This document shows, in pieces, positions 10,271 to 21,683 of a stretch of 37,197 nucleotides of DNA. The stretch is from Nemertoderma westbladi (Eukaryota > Animalia > Xenacoelomorpha). Both the position numbers and the translations under genes were made by a program. Each line of letters begins with the position of its first letter. The first letter of the stretch is position 1. The notes under the pieces are model-generated. The model searched no databases. It saw only the letters and a program-made list of their open reading frames with translations, and was not told where the DNA came from. The stretch is taken from assembly GCA_032718475.1 (NCBI GenBank), contig JAUCBJ010004560.1:1-37197 (forward strand). Direction: 5' to 3'.

Positions 10271-12802
10271 ATGGAGAAAGTTCTGGAAAGACTGCAATCC
10301 TTATCCAATCAGGATCTCTCCAAGGAATTAAAATTGTTGAATATCGATTCGCCACCCGTTACTTCGACAACACGTCGAGTCATCGAGAAAAAATTAGCGC
10401 GAAAACTCACTTTCACAACCCAAAACTCACCTCCCACGGACGTCGAGTGTAATAACCAACAATCGGGCGATGCCGATAGCAACTTCGAGAAACCGTTTAG
10501 TCCACATTGTCCCAACGTATCGGACCGTAGATTACTGAGCGAAGGAGATTGCTCCACCTACTACGGTGTTGCTATGATGCCTCCATCCCCTAAACCTCTG
10601 GTGTTTGATAATAAATCTAGCGCCATTTCCTACATTAAACAACACCAAGATTGCCGGTTTGCCGTTTTCAAGTCTCTAGAGAGCGCGGAAAAATTCTCTA
10701 CTTCGCCGTCCAACTTACCGCCACAGGATAAAAACGAAATTCTCACGTTTAAATCACCTGTTAAAGCCGAGAAATCCAACAATTTCCCTTCGATTCTATT
10801 CCAGGATTTAATTAAACTAAAACTTCACATTGAGAAAGGCGAGTTGGAATCGGTTCGCGATCTGATCTGGTCGAATCCGCGGTATCTGATCACCTCCGGC
10901 GACACCCCCACGGTGTTGAAACCCGCGTTCTGGTACAACTCGCTGCACGTAGCGGTCGCGAGCAACCGAGCCCCGATCGCGGAACTCCTACTCCTGACCC
11001 TCTCGGATCCCCGGTTCCTCTCCCTCATGTACCCAGAAGACATCCTCCCGACGGCTCGCTCCTTCCGGATGGACAACCTCCTCGACATGTACGCGAACAC
11101 GCCGGACGCTCGCGCCAACGAGACGCCGCTCCACATGGCCAGTAAGTTCGGCTACGTGGAGGCCGTCCGCGTACTATCCGCCCACCCAACCGTCCGCGCT
11201 GACCTCCGCAATAAGGACGGGAAACTCGCCGCCGATATAATCTGCTCGCGGTCCGCCAATAAGTCGAGCGCCTCGATGATCGATGAGTTACTCCGCGGCG
11301 TCGTGTTCGTCCCGTTGCTACAGGATCCGGAATTCGCATTCCCCGCAGCGCTAGGACCAACCACCCGGACCTTCGGTCTCCATAGTAACCACGGTCTCCT
11401 TTGCAACACTACTCCCCATAGTAACCACGGTCTCCTTGGCAACACTACTCCCCATAGTAACCACGGTCTCCTTGGCAACACTACTCCCCATAGTAACGAC
11501 GGCGTCCGTGGTAACGATCTGCAGATCATCGCATACCTCGGCCCCACCACCCCGGACAAGGCCGAGGTGTTCCGGAGACGCTTCAGCACCTCGTCGGTTC
11601 CGGATTCGGACACGGCGTTGACGGCGCGGCGATGCGACACTGAGCGGGGCGCGCAGACATTGGCGCGGCATCTGGCGCGCCAGTTGGGGGTCCCCTGGGC
11701 CGAGTACTGGCCCTTCCTGGACGTGTTTCTGGACCTGTCGACTCGGGAAGGTATCCAGAGGGTGGATGCCTTTCTCGCTAATAGGAATGAAACGACCTCG
11801 GGGGAGTTCGTTGCCGTGGGAGACGAATCCGCGGACGAACCCGAGACGTTCAGGTTGAAGAGAGTGAGCAGTCAGAAAGAGGCGAGGAGATTGTTCGGGA
11901 GGAACCGGGTGAGGTTGAAGAAAACGGTCGGAGATGCGGCAGGTAAAGGAGACAGTGCGGAGGCCAGTACAGGGGCTGATTCACCCGGTCCCCAGACTGG
12001 TTCACCCGGTCCCCAGACTGGTTCACCCGGTCCCCAGACTTGTTCACCCGGTCCCAAGACTGGTTCACCCGGTCCCCAGACTGGTTCACCCAGTCCCCAG
12101 ACTCACAGTACCCCTGTAAGTGGAATGTCTCAGTTTGATGACATTCGATTATCTTCGCCGACGAGATGCAAAGAAAATGTCGATCCCTCTGTAACACCTA
12201 TCATACCAGCCACTACTCCAGTAACACCTATCATACCAGCCACTACTCCAGTAACACCTATCATACCAGCCACTACTCCAGTAACACCTATCATACCAGC
12301 CACTACTCCAGTAACACCTATCATACCAGCCACTACTCCAGTAACACCTATCATACCAGCCACTACTCCAGTAACACCTATCATACCTGCCAATACTCCA
12401 GTAACACCTATCATACCAGCCACTACTCCAGTAACACCTATCATACCAGCCACTACTCCAGTAACACCTATCATACCAGCCACTACTCCAGTAACACCTA
12501 TCATACCAGCCACTACTCAAGTAACACCTATCATACCAGCCACTACTCCAGTAACACCCAACACAAGTATATCAACCACTGAGATATATCTCTGTGCCAA
12601 CTATCCTAGTAAACTAGACGAGGATGTTTTCAAGGCCATCGGCGATTCGCCGTCGTTTATTTCGGAATTTCCTCACGTGAGTTCTTGGCGCGATCTGTTG
12701 CTGCGATACCCCCAAAGGGAGCGTTTACAGTGGCGGAATCACGGCTCGAGGCAGTTGAGATTAGTTACATCTCCTGAGCGCTCTACCACGTTGACTCCCT
12801 AG
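10271..12802 (+). CDS. ANKLE2: Ankyrin repeat and LEM domain-containing protein 2, 843 aa, single coding exon
   Basis: N-terminal LEM (LSNQDLSKELK...VTSTTRRVIEKKL), caulimovirus viroplasmin-like segment (YYGVA...RFAVFKSLESAEKF), IWSNPRYLITSGDTPTVL, ankyrin repeats (ETPLHMASKFG), WAEYWPFL and C-terminal PSKLDEDVF. In-frame stop at 10262 precedes the ATG. Confidence 0.93.
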   Translation: MEKVLERLQSLSNQDLSKELKLLNIDSPPVTSTTRRVIEKKLARKLTFTTQNSPPTDVECNNQQSGDADSNFEKPFSPHCPNVSDRRLLSEGDCSTYYGVAMMPPSPKPLVFDNKSSAISYIKQHQDCRFAVFKSLESAEKFSTSPSNLPPQDKNEILTFKSPVKAEKSNNFPSILFQDLIKLKLHIEKGELESVRDLIWSNPRYLITSGDTPTVLKPAFWYNSLHVAVASNRAPIAELLLLTLSDPRFLSLMYPEDILPTARSFRMDNLLDMYANTPDARANETPLHMASKFGYVEAVRVLSAHPTVRADLRNKDGKLAADIICSRSANKSSASMIDELLRGVVFVPLLQDPEFAFPAALGPTTRTFGLHSNHGLLCNTTPHSNHGLLGNTTPHSNHGLLGNTTPHSNDGVRGNDLQIIAYLGPTTPDKAEVFRRRFSTSSVPDSDTALTARRCDTERGAQTLARHLARQLGVPWAEYWPFLDVFLDLSTREGIQRVDAFLANRNETTSGEFVAVGDESADEPETFRLKRVSSQKEARRLFGRNRVRLKKTVGDAAGKGDSAEASTGADSPGPQTGSPGPQTGSPGPQTCSPGPKTGSPGPQTGSPSPQTHSTPVSGMSQFDDIRLSSPTRCKENVDPSVTPIIPATTPVTPIIPATTPVTPIIPATTPVTPIIPATTPVTPIIPATTPVTPIIPATTPVTPIIPANTPVTPIIPATTPVTPIIPATTPVTPIIPATTPVTPIIPATTQVTPIIPATTPVTPNTSISTTEIYLCANYPSKLDEDVFKAIGDSPSFISEFPHVSSWRDLLLRYPQRERLQWRNHGSRQLRLVTSPERSTTLTP
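11381..11497 (+). repeat. Coding 36-bp repeat (HSNHGLLGNTTP), 3 units plus a partial
   Basis: Read directly from DNA and translation. Confidence 0.95.
11981..12103 (+). repeat. Coding 21-bp repeat (SPGPQTG), about 6 units
   Basis: TCACCCGGTCCCCAGACTGGT units. Confidence 0.95.
12191..12559 (+). repeat. Coding 30-bp repeat (VTPIIPATTP), 12 units plus a partial
   Basis: GTAACACCTATCATACCAGCCACTACTCCA units at 12191+30n, nearly identical. Confidence 0.97.
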
Positions 12803-13604
12803 TCGACTTACACTAGTACCTTCACTCTCACTGCATATATACTGTAGGTCCTTTCCAGCATTTTACTTTGTTTTGTCTCTATTATTACTTTTAATTCATT
12901 TAACATTCTTGTGCCGATCTTTCTTATTAGAATAATAGGAAATATACATAATTATCGCTAATCTTTTAACATAAAATCCATAATCATAATATATTTTTTC
13001 AAAGTGTCTCCAATTTGCTGAGATCTTTCACACATTGACATGGTGTATAACTTTGCTCAGGATTCAGTGTCACAATCGTAAATACAGGTATTACATTACA
13101 AGTAATAATTAGTAATAGCAATATTTTATACATTATTTTAATTAATTGAATACAACATTTAAAACAAATTTAAATTATATTGCTGTATTGTGCAGCTGCA
13201 AATATTGCAACATATTGAATTCATATTCACAAAATATTCTAGTTGTTTTCTACGCTGTATCTCACCCATACTTTAAACAGTTATCCCCGAAACTGCGACT
13301 CCGTTATTACGTTTTTGTTCTAATGAAATTGAATCCGCCTTGAGGCTTCACTATTTATAAATAGTAAAATAATATGTGACCTTTTCATTATTTACAACAG
13401 TGATTATTCATTTATGTGAATCCAATTCTATTGCCTATATAATTTATTTTGGCCTTATAAATGTGTCTGTTAGATTTTAATGCTGTCATAAGATACGCAA
13501 CTATTTAAAAATTATAACAACCCGGATCCAACTAACCGCCTTTATTTAAAATTAAAATTTTAATAAAAAATACAATTTTAAAATATAAATATATATTTTC
13601 TACC

Positions 13605-13909
13605 TACCCTGGAGTCCCGAATAGATGCGACAGTATAGGCGCGACACGTCTATTAATTAAATCCTCCCACAATTCTCTTATTCCAGACACCCCGATTATT
13701 AATTTTTTCTAAAAAATTTAGTACATTTTTTATTATGAGTAAATAAACGTTTGTTCTCATAATAATTGAGAGTTGTGAAAGAAACAAAAACCGTGTACCG
13801 AGTATACCACCGGTAACCGTAGGTACTACTGTACCTGTACGCCTATACTGTACTATACTAATTTTTTCAAAATTTTCCAACCACCCCGACTATTCGGGAC
13901 TCCAGAATG
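13605..13909. mobile_element. MITE with a perfect 16-bp inverted core
   Basis: CTGGAGTCCCGAATAG (13609-13624) and CTATTCGGGACTCCAG (13890-13905); internal repeated CACCCCGAYTATT. Confidence 0.8.
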
Positions 13910-14759
13910 ATGTATGATCTCAGTGTTGGAAAAAATAATTACATTATGCGTTAAATTTCATTTCCATCTGCCGTGAAATATAAAATAATTCGTTTCGTAT
14001 TAATAACATATCATTCATTCTCTTTTTACGAGACTTTTTCAGTTTTATTTATTTTACTAATTGGGTTCAATTCAAACCGTAGCAGCGGAAGTATTTTAAA
14101 CAATGTTTGTAATTCTTTTATTTTTGATCAGGTGTGTATTTATGGTAGCCAAATAGAATTATTTACTAATCATTTGCTTGTTGTTTTTCGTTCTACCTTT
14201 TTTCAGACCACCCCTTTCTTGTTAATTTTTCGAGTGAAAATTTGTTTTTTTTTAGCAATTCTGGAAGTTTGGTCAAAGTGTTGCAATTTGTATTATTACA
14301 TCAAATAATTTTACATTCAATTCTAACCGGTTTCTCGTTTCGTTATATAAATATTTTGTTTATTTATTAATTATTCAACCCAGGAGCTATAATAAATAAA
14401 TAATATCGCAACATACCAAGTATTATATTTATAAGATAATTATGGAATCTGCACTGTCTATCATACAATAATTCTTATGAGACTTCTTTAATATTTTACA
14501 GATGATTTACCGAATATGGCAGATACACATGTTTCTAACTAACACTGTTCAGTGTTCAACTACCCGGCTTCATATTATTTTTATAAACGCTCATTGTGTG
14601 AAAGGCACAGTTTAATAGTATTGAGGGTGTTCTGCTGATGAAAAGTTAACTGACACTGATTTGAAACTGGGTTCGGATTACTCTGATTTCAAATTGGGCA
14701 GATTAATTTGTAACAGTAAAAGTGAAACTGGGTGCTCCGCTTCGTAAAGCTACAAATCA

Positions 14760-15030
14760 TAACCAAGGACACCAATTCGTAACCAAGGACACCAATTCGT
14801 AACCAAGGATACCAATTCGTAACCAAGGACACCAATTTGTAACCAAGGACACCAATTCGTAACCAAGGACACCAATTCGTAACCGGACACAACGGATTTG
14901 ATTTGTATCTCATATTTTTAAATCATGAATACGAATTCGTAACCAGGTACTCAACTTTGTAACTGTCATCTCAAATTCGTAGCCGGACACTCTGATTTGC
15001 AACCGGGAACACAGATTCGTAACCGGGAAT
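14760..15030. repeat. 20-bp tandem repeat (AACCAAGGACACCAATTCGT): 6 well-conserved units then degenerate copies
   Basis: Units at 14761-14880; diverged TTCGTAACC-containing units continue to about 15030. Confidence 0.9.
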
Positions 15031-15075
15031 AAATGGCCAGTTCCTTAGGCTGACAGGCCGGGCGTCACTAATATA

Positions 15076-15482
15076 CACCATGTCCTGGAATATAGTATCG
15101 TCATTCAGGTACCTTATTCAGGTGCGCAAGGTTATTTTATTCCATTAAGAAAATCCACCATATTCTAGAACATGTTGTTTATCCCATACGTAGCTGGGCA
15201 ACAATGCAATAACTCTGTAATCATACTATTGCGTAGCTATTCGCACATAACAAAGTGTTCTACCAACGCAATACCAACGGAAACACCTTTTTCAAACGCT
15301 TCTAGCTAAAGAATGAAAGCAGATATAAAAATTCTGGCTCACCCAGCAAGGAGGAGGGAGGTGAAACTATCTATGTTTCAAATTGCAAGCAATCTCATTA
15401 AGATTTATAGAAAAATTGGGGGGGGGGGGGGGTCCCAGGTACCTCAATAACGACACTATATTCCAGGACACGGGACATGGTG
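15076..15482. mobile_element. Tc1/mariner-type MITE with TA TSD
   Basis: About 38-bp TIR CACCATGTCCTGGAATATAGTATCGTCATTCAGGTACC, inverted at 15438-15482 with a 7-bp insertion. TA at 15074-15075 and 15483-15484. Confidence 0.88.
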
Positions 15483-15485
15483 TAA

Positions 15486-17775
15486 GGTATCGGCCACAGA
15501 ATGTGAAAAAAAAAAAGGAAACGTAGCTGTCAAAATATATATTTTTTTAAATGTGGTAAAAGTATATCATTCGATTGCATTTTTCCAGTAATTGTGAATC
15601 TGACAATAAAACATAAAGATGTTTAAAAGGGAAGACATTATTGGCAAAAAACGTAAATTTGCAGTCAAACTCTACTTTTCCTGGTGTAGTGTTTGGATTC
15701 CTTTTCCAAACTCTACAATTTTGTGTCGAGTTTCGACTTTGCTCCGATCGAGAAGCCACTAAATAATTCCAAACTCTTCACAATTCCCTGTGTTCTGATT
15801 GGATAATATCATCATTCGTTATTAAATAACCACATCAAAGTTGATAAATTCCGAGAATCCTCAAGACTCATTAAGCCGGGGAATGCCGCCGTGGATGGCT
15901 GATCTTCCCAGATAGTGGTACAAATTGACCGCAAGTGAAAAAGGTGATCTCCAGTGCAAATTAAATGAAAAGGGAAATACGTTTTGGTTAGAAAACACGG
16001 CCGCTATAACCTGCTCAGCTTATTTCCTCTAACGTTTTAAATTAAATTAAACTAATTTTTCTTTTCACGCCACCGTTTTTGTTCGCTATTTCTTTTCTGT
16101 CTCTGTTGAAGGGCGAAGTTAGGATCCGCGCAAGCTTTAATCTTTTGTTTATCTCTTATTGACTGCTGCCTTCTGCATTGAGCCTCCTTTTCACGATTGT
16201 AAGCACGAGGATTCCTTCTGTAAATTGTTTTCGCTGACAGGGTTCCAAGTAGTTTATAAGTTTGTTTACTTATTGGTTCTTTCGGTGTGGTAAGAGTTGC
16301 ACGCACAGTTTTGGAATTGAACTGATTTTCACGGGTTTGCCTGTTATGGCAAAACCTTTCCTTCTCATGATTCCCAATCCTGAATGAATTCTCGCAGACT
16401 GGCGGCGTCGGGGAATTCGATGGATGACTTAATAGAGTTTTCTTTTAGTTTTCTTTTCGTTTTCCTTCGTAGATACACTTCGGTTTGGTTTGGACTTCTT
16501 GATAATATTAAGGTATTTATTGCGTGCCGCTAATTTGTCTTTTTATTTCCTCAATGTGCGCGCCCTCCATTATTTTTTATAGGTATATCATATACCACAA
16601 TCAGCCTGTCGTAATCTACCGGTATCTAAACATCTGGCAGTAAGCCAAACTGAAACTCTTTAAAACAGAAACCACTTCAGTCTGAACTGGTCGATAGACA
16701 AACCGGCTCTACTCAACAGTAACTATTAATTTATAATTTCGTTTAAGTAGATTATAAATTACTGACCCCTGCTACATACCGACGATAGAATGTTTCAACA
16801 GTCAGCATAAATTATAAAAAATAATGATTCAAGTTTAAGAATTCATTTTCAAATTTAAACTTCCCTCTAAAATATCACACTCCTTACAACAGTGATAATT
16901 TGTAGAGTTGGCAATTAAGATGGTAGAGATTCGAACTGCTCAACTGCACAATGTAGAGTTTGAACATGAATATGGTCGAGTTTGGAGCTATAATTTGCAT
17001 TTTCCAAACTCTACCAAATCGAAACTCTACATTGCTTATGTCAAACATTCACATAACCACTAATCGGTAAAGACTTAATTTTCTGAAAGACAAAGTAAAT
17101 GATAATGTGATTTGCTTCATTTCGATATAAAGACGGCATTGGCAAACTTTTGGCAGAACTTGAAAGTTACAATCCAAACTCTACATTTTTAGCTCAAAAT
17201 AATATATTTAACAATTTGGAGGCTTGTATTATTTTCCAGACAAAAGTAATGTAGATAAGCAGTGATGTACCTGAAAGGCTAATACATAGGCTTTACTAAG
17301 AGTAAAATGGATCCGCATAAACTAGTTTGAAGATTACAGCAACTGTATCTTTACAGTCTAGTATTATACTAATATTATCTATTTTTTCGACATGCAGTTT
17401 TAAAGGTGCACCCAAATCCACCAGATGTCTAGGTTATGTCGTTAATATAGTTGAAAGACCAGGCCACCTTTCCTCTTTCAGAAATCATATTGCTTCTCCG
17501 CATTGTAAGTGTAGATCACCTTACACGTTGAGTCACAGTTAGTATACACTTCTTGTTTCGGGCAAACTCTACAAAATACTTTACATAAATAAGCATGGTA
17601 TTTTACGTATAAATACGGCCATCATTAAAAAAACCTTTGCATCTGAATTCTATGTTTTAGAGTTTGTCGAGCTTGTTCGAATGAGCTATCGATGGTCACA
17701 GTTGGCGCAATGGTTCAAAAGTTATGTCCACTCAAAGTTTTCGATATTTTTTTTTCACTTTTCGTGTCCGGGACC
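15486..17775. mobile_element. Non-autonomous 2.3 kb TIR element (Kolobok-like GG...CC ends, 4-bp ATAA TSD)
   Basis: Imperfect TIRs GGTATCGGCCACAGAATGTGA(n) and T(n)CACTTTTCGTGTCCGGGACC. About 10 AAACTCTAC/GTAGAGTT-like motifs near both ends. ATAA flanks both ends once the adjacent MITE is removed. Confidence 0.65.
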
Positions 17776-19501
17776 ATAACAAAACTAGTTTTTATAATTA
17801 TTTATTATTGGTATTATTAGGTGAATGAGTGGTTTCATATTATTATAATTTTTTGTTGGACACAGCAAAGTCGACAATGACGTCCAGGTGGGATCGTTTA
17901 ATTTTATCGGGAAACAGCTGAGATATGGCGTTAGAAGTTACATGTATTTACAATATCTACAGGGGGCTACTTTATTCTATTTATTTTTATTAAAATTGCA
18001 GGATAAAACAAATAATCCCAGTGTTTATCAAAGATGGAAAGTTAAGTTATACCTGTGAATATATTCGACGCTTAAATGAAATAAATATATTTACAATTGA
18101 ATTAATGCTCGGTATATCGAATTAACGGCACTATTATTATTATACATACAGTACAATGCTCATCTGAAAAGAAAATTACAGTTCAGTCAGATATTACAAA
18201 GAAAATCGAAGCAATACCGGCAAATAACTTAATTTATACCAGCGATCAACATTTTAAAATCACTAATTGGCTTTCCTTGCTTATAAAAGTAATAATATAC
18301 AAACATTATACTATTTATACTTGCTTACTTTGTTTTACTCACACTGCCTTATTCATACATTCAGATTTAAAAATAATAAACTCACCGCCTTATTTTAATA
18401 ATAAAAAATATAAGTAATGTAAACGATATCCCATAAGGTTACTGATAAGGCTGCCATCACCGGCTAGTATGTAGGTACCAGAACCAATTAATATAATTAG
18501 CTTAAGTAACGATTAAAACCATTTGCTGCAAAATATAACGGGAGAGAACAAACACACATCGCACTTAAAAAACCTGTACGTATTCCTAAAGGGGAATGGG
18601 TCCTCCCTTTTTTTTTTCTCCTCCCGGGATGTAGATTATAAGTCAGGGACAAAGATAATTAATGAGTAGAAAATATATAAGTAAATGTAATAAAAAAAGT
18701 ATTGACTTTTTACCGGTATCAACATTGAATCTGATACATTCGAGAAACCTGTACATTTAATGGTATAAATAAATAAATATTAAATTATGATATTTATTAT
18801 GATTACAATGATATTTATTATTTAACTATTAAATTATTAACTAGTTTCATTTAATTAGCAATCATACATATTATAGTTAAAGCTATTATTGATAGGTAAA
18901 CAGACAAGTGAAATAACGAAAGGAAATAAACTTCGTCTTGGATTTAGAATCTCCGACCCTGTTAGTCGAACCTATTTAAATAATATGTAAGAGTGAATGT
19001 GATGAAAAATATATAATTGATAAAATTCTACACTACCTACTGCCGGAATACAGACAAAGTAGTTAAGGCAAGGAGAAGGTTACAGTGTATGTAATATGAC
19101 CAAACAATAAACGGAACACATACGTATGTTACAAGTTCCCTTACTGTGCGTAAGCTGCTGTTATTTGGATCAAACTTTGCGAGGGATGAGAACATCCCCC
19201 ATCTGCCTATTACATATATTTTATACATATATTACCATTATTACAATAATAGTGTATAATAATAGATAGAACAGCTGAAGAATAAATTAACAATTCACTG
19301 CAACTTAAACCTTAATAATAATCCAGACTACCAGAAACAATAATCATTTCACCACAGCAACCATTTATTAATTGCACTGCCTAAACCAATAGTAATAATA
19401 ACACCCGCCGGTCGGCGTTATATAACCTTAAAACTATAAACGTAGATCTAGCGATTGAGAGAACTGGAGAATAGATTATGTAACGCAGTGTCACCTATTA
19501 G

Positions 19502-20185
19502 CTAAGCTATAGAGTGCATGGAGGCCCTCCGATTATCGCCTATAGTTGTGTCGAGTCGGGTAACGATAGTTTGTAACTCTTCCAGACCCTGCGATGATAC
19601 CTCGTACTTGTGCATAACCAATTGGCGGTAGAAATGGGCAGCGAAGATGATAAACAAACAAAGTACCGGTACCATGATCACTGTAGAAGATACCGCGGCA
19701 TTGAAACTGATGCTGTAGAATTTGACCCAGGCGAGAAGGATAACCTCGATGAGGAACAGGAAGATGCCGAGAGCGTTGGAAAAGACCCAGGACAGCTCGA
19801 TGTAGAACTGAAGTCTCTGATGCGGACTGTCGTTAACCCCGGATACTTTGGCGTGTGTCGCCGTGACAGCCTCGAGGTTCGGAAGTATACACGTGCTAAT
19901 CATAAGTGCGAACAGATGGACAGACACGAGTACGATGGTGACAAGTGCGAAGGCTATTAGAAGAGGCTGAGAAGGAGGGTTATTCGAGTTCAAGTCAATT
20001 TCTACCATAGCGATCATGGCGAATCCGCTGAGTAGTGCGCTAGTTCGACTTGTCGCTTTGAGTTTTGCGCGGCTCAGAAAGAGTTGCTTCCACGCTAACG
20101 AACTGCGTGTTTCCTGGTTCTCTATCTGAGTTTTTACGTATTCTTTAAATATCCAGTCATTTAGTTCGGTTTTTACGTTTTCCAT
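19502..20185 (-). CDS. Orai: Calcium release-activated calcium channel protein Orai, 227 aa, single coding exon
   Basis: ETON and TM1 LFLSRAKLKATSRTSALLSGFAMIAMVE (E106 equivalent), TM2 VHLFALMISTCILP, TM3 LFLIEV, TM4 IMVP, nexus LVMHK and C-terminal coiled coil. Confidence 0.97.
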   Translation of the reverse strand: MENVKTELNDWIFKEYVKTQIENQETRSSLAWKQLFLSRAKLKATSRTSALLSGFAMIAMVEIDLNSNNPPSQPLLIAFALVTIVLVSVHLFALMISTCILPNLEAVTATHAKVSGVNDSPHQRLQFYIELSWVFSNALGIFLFLIEVILLAWVKFYSISFNAAVSSTVIMVPVLCLFIIFAAHFYRQLVMHKYEVSSQGLEELQTIVTRLDTTIGDNRRASMHSIA

Positions 20186-21683
20186 TTTCTCAAGCAGTTT
20201 CGGTAGCCTAGGCTATACCGGTACTGCTATAGTTAACTGCAGGTTTACTGTCTTATGCCGAAATCTGCTCCCGGTAGGGGCAGCCTGGCCTTGCTTGATT
20301 TGTACTTCTGTACTTCTGATCTTTGTCTACTATTTGTTGATGGATGTTATTTCTGCTGGTTGGCTACGAAAATTACGCCAGTTACCCTGTAGCCTATAAG
20401 GCAGATTTCCCATGGCTCCCCATTGTCGCATTAAGTCATGGCGCCAGTCTAAGACATATAGATATAGGCTCTGATGAGGCAAAAAATAGGACAAAAGCAA
20501 AAGGCAGTACACCCCAGTAGCTTGTTGGACTTGGGCTTACTACAGTACTACAGCTTATTGCTGATTGATGCTATCATGCTTGACGTTGCAGCGTCATTCC
20601 AGATTCAATCATTGGGGGCAGCGGTAGACAGTAGAGTTTAGGAGTTACACTTCCACCTCAGCAGTAACAGACTGACAGTGTACAGAGCAACGGGCAGAGA
20701 GGAGTACAGGAGTACCGTAGGTCTAAGCTATATGAATGAATCAATGAATGTAGGCTACGGCTATGACAGTATGATATGACTGTATGACAAGTGACAACAT
20801 CTGAACATCGTGAACATGCTGACATGAACGCTGGTGCCGTACTATCAAACTGTGGCAAAACTTATTACTGTATTATACTGTAAATTATAGGCCTACAGTA
20901 TTATATTATATTTTATAGTGTGGACACTACTGCAGTACTGGGTTTTCGTGCATTTACGGTAGCACAGTAGCAGTAAGGGCATTCCGTACCAGTACCGGTA
21001 ATGTTACTTCAGTACTCTGGTACTTACTACTGTCTGACTGTACTACCGGTACTGCAGTACACAGTACTGTACACTGTAACTGCCAACAGAGTCAGAGAGT
21101 GTTGAGTAAAAGTGAGCACGTCAGCTGGCAGCATAGTACTGTAGTAGTCCTGGAGCTTGCATCTGGCAATCAATAACTGGTTGGAATCACCCCATTCTGC
21201 TGTTGCTATCTGGCAATTTCTGGGTTGGTTGAGGTAGTCGTAGTGGCAACGGCAAGGCGTCAAGGCGTAGGTACTGTAGTACGCGTTAAAAGGAATTGTA
21301 TTTATATTTAGTATTATAAGGTTCGCGTGGGGAGGGCGTCACTATTACCGTCATCAAAAAAGGGTATTTTTTTGGCACCCCCCCCCCCCCCTGGTCATCA
21401 AAAGCTCATTTAGTGACACAGACCCCCCCCCCCCCCCCCCCCCGCGCAACGGCGCAACAGCGCAACAGCTCTATAACCAATGGGCAGCATTGGCGCAACA
21501 GCGCAACAACCCAGGATTGGACTTTCGACGCAATCAAAATTCTTATGTCTCCAAGCGGCCAGTCGACGCAAATAACGCCTGATTGGCTGATTACTCCCAA
21601 AAATAACAGTGTAACCTGATTTATGGACTTTCGTTTATCGCACTAGCAACACTGCCGAGTGTCCATAAATGGCGTGTCCTTAA

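Noticed and set aside
12130-12582. Antisense and alternate-frame ORFs over ANKLE2 repeats, and similar ORFs over the integrase, PLPP, Orai and DNAJB6
   Set aside because: Shadows of GC-rich or repetitive coding sequence with no recognisable domains.
14630-14680. Second hammerhead candidate (CTGATGA...GAAAC)
   Set aside because: Stem II has only three A-U pairs and stem I is 4 bp with a wobble; probably chance.
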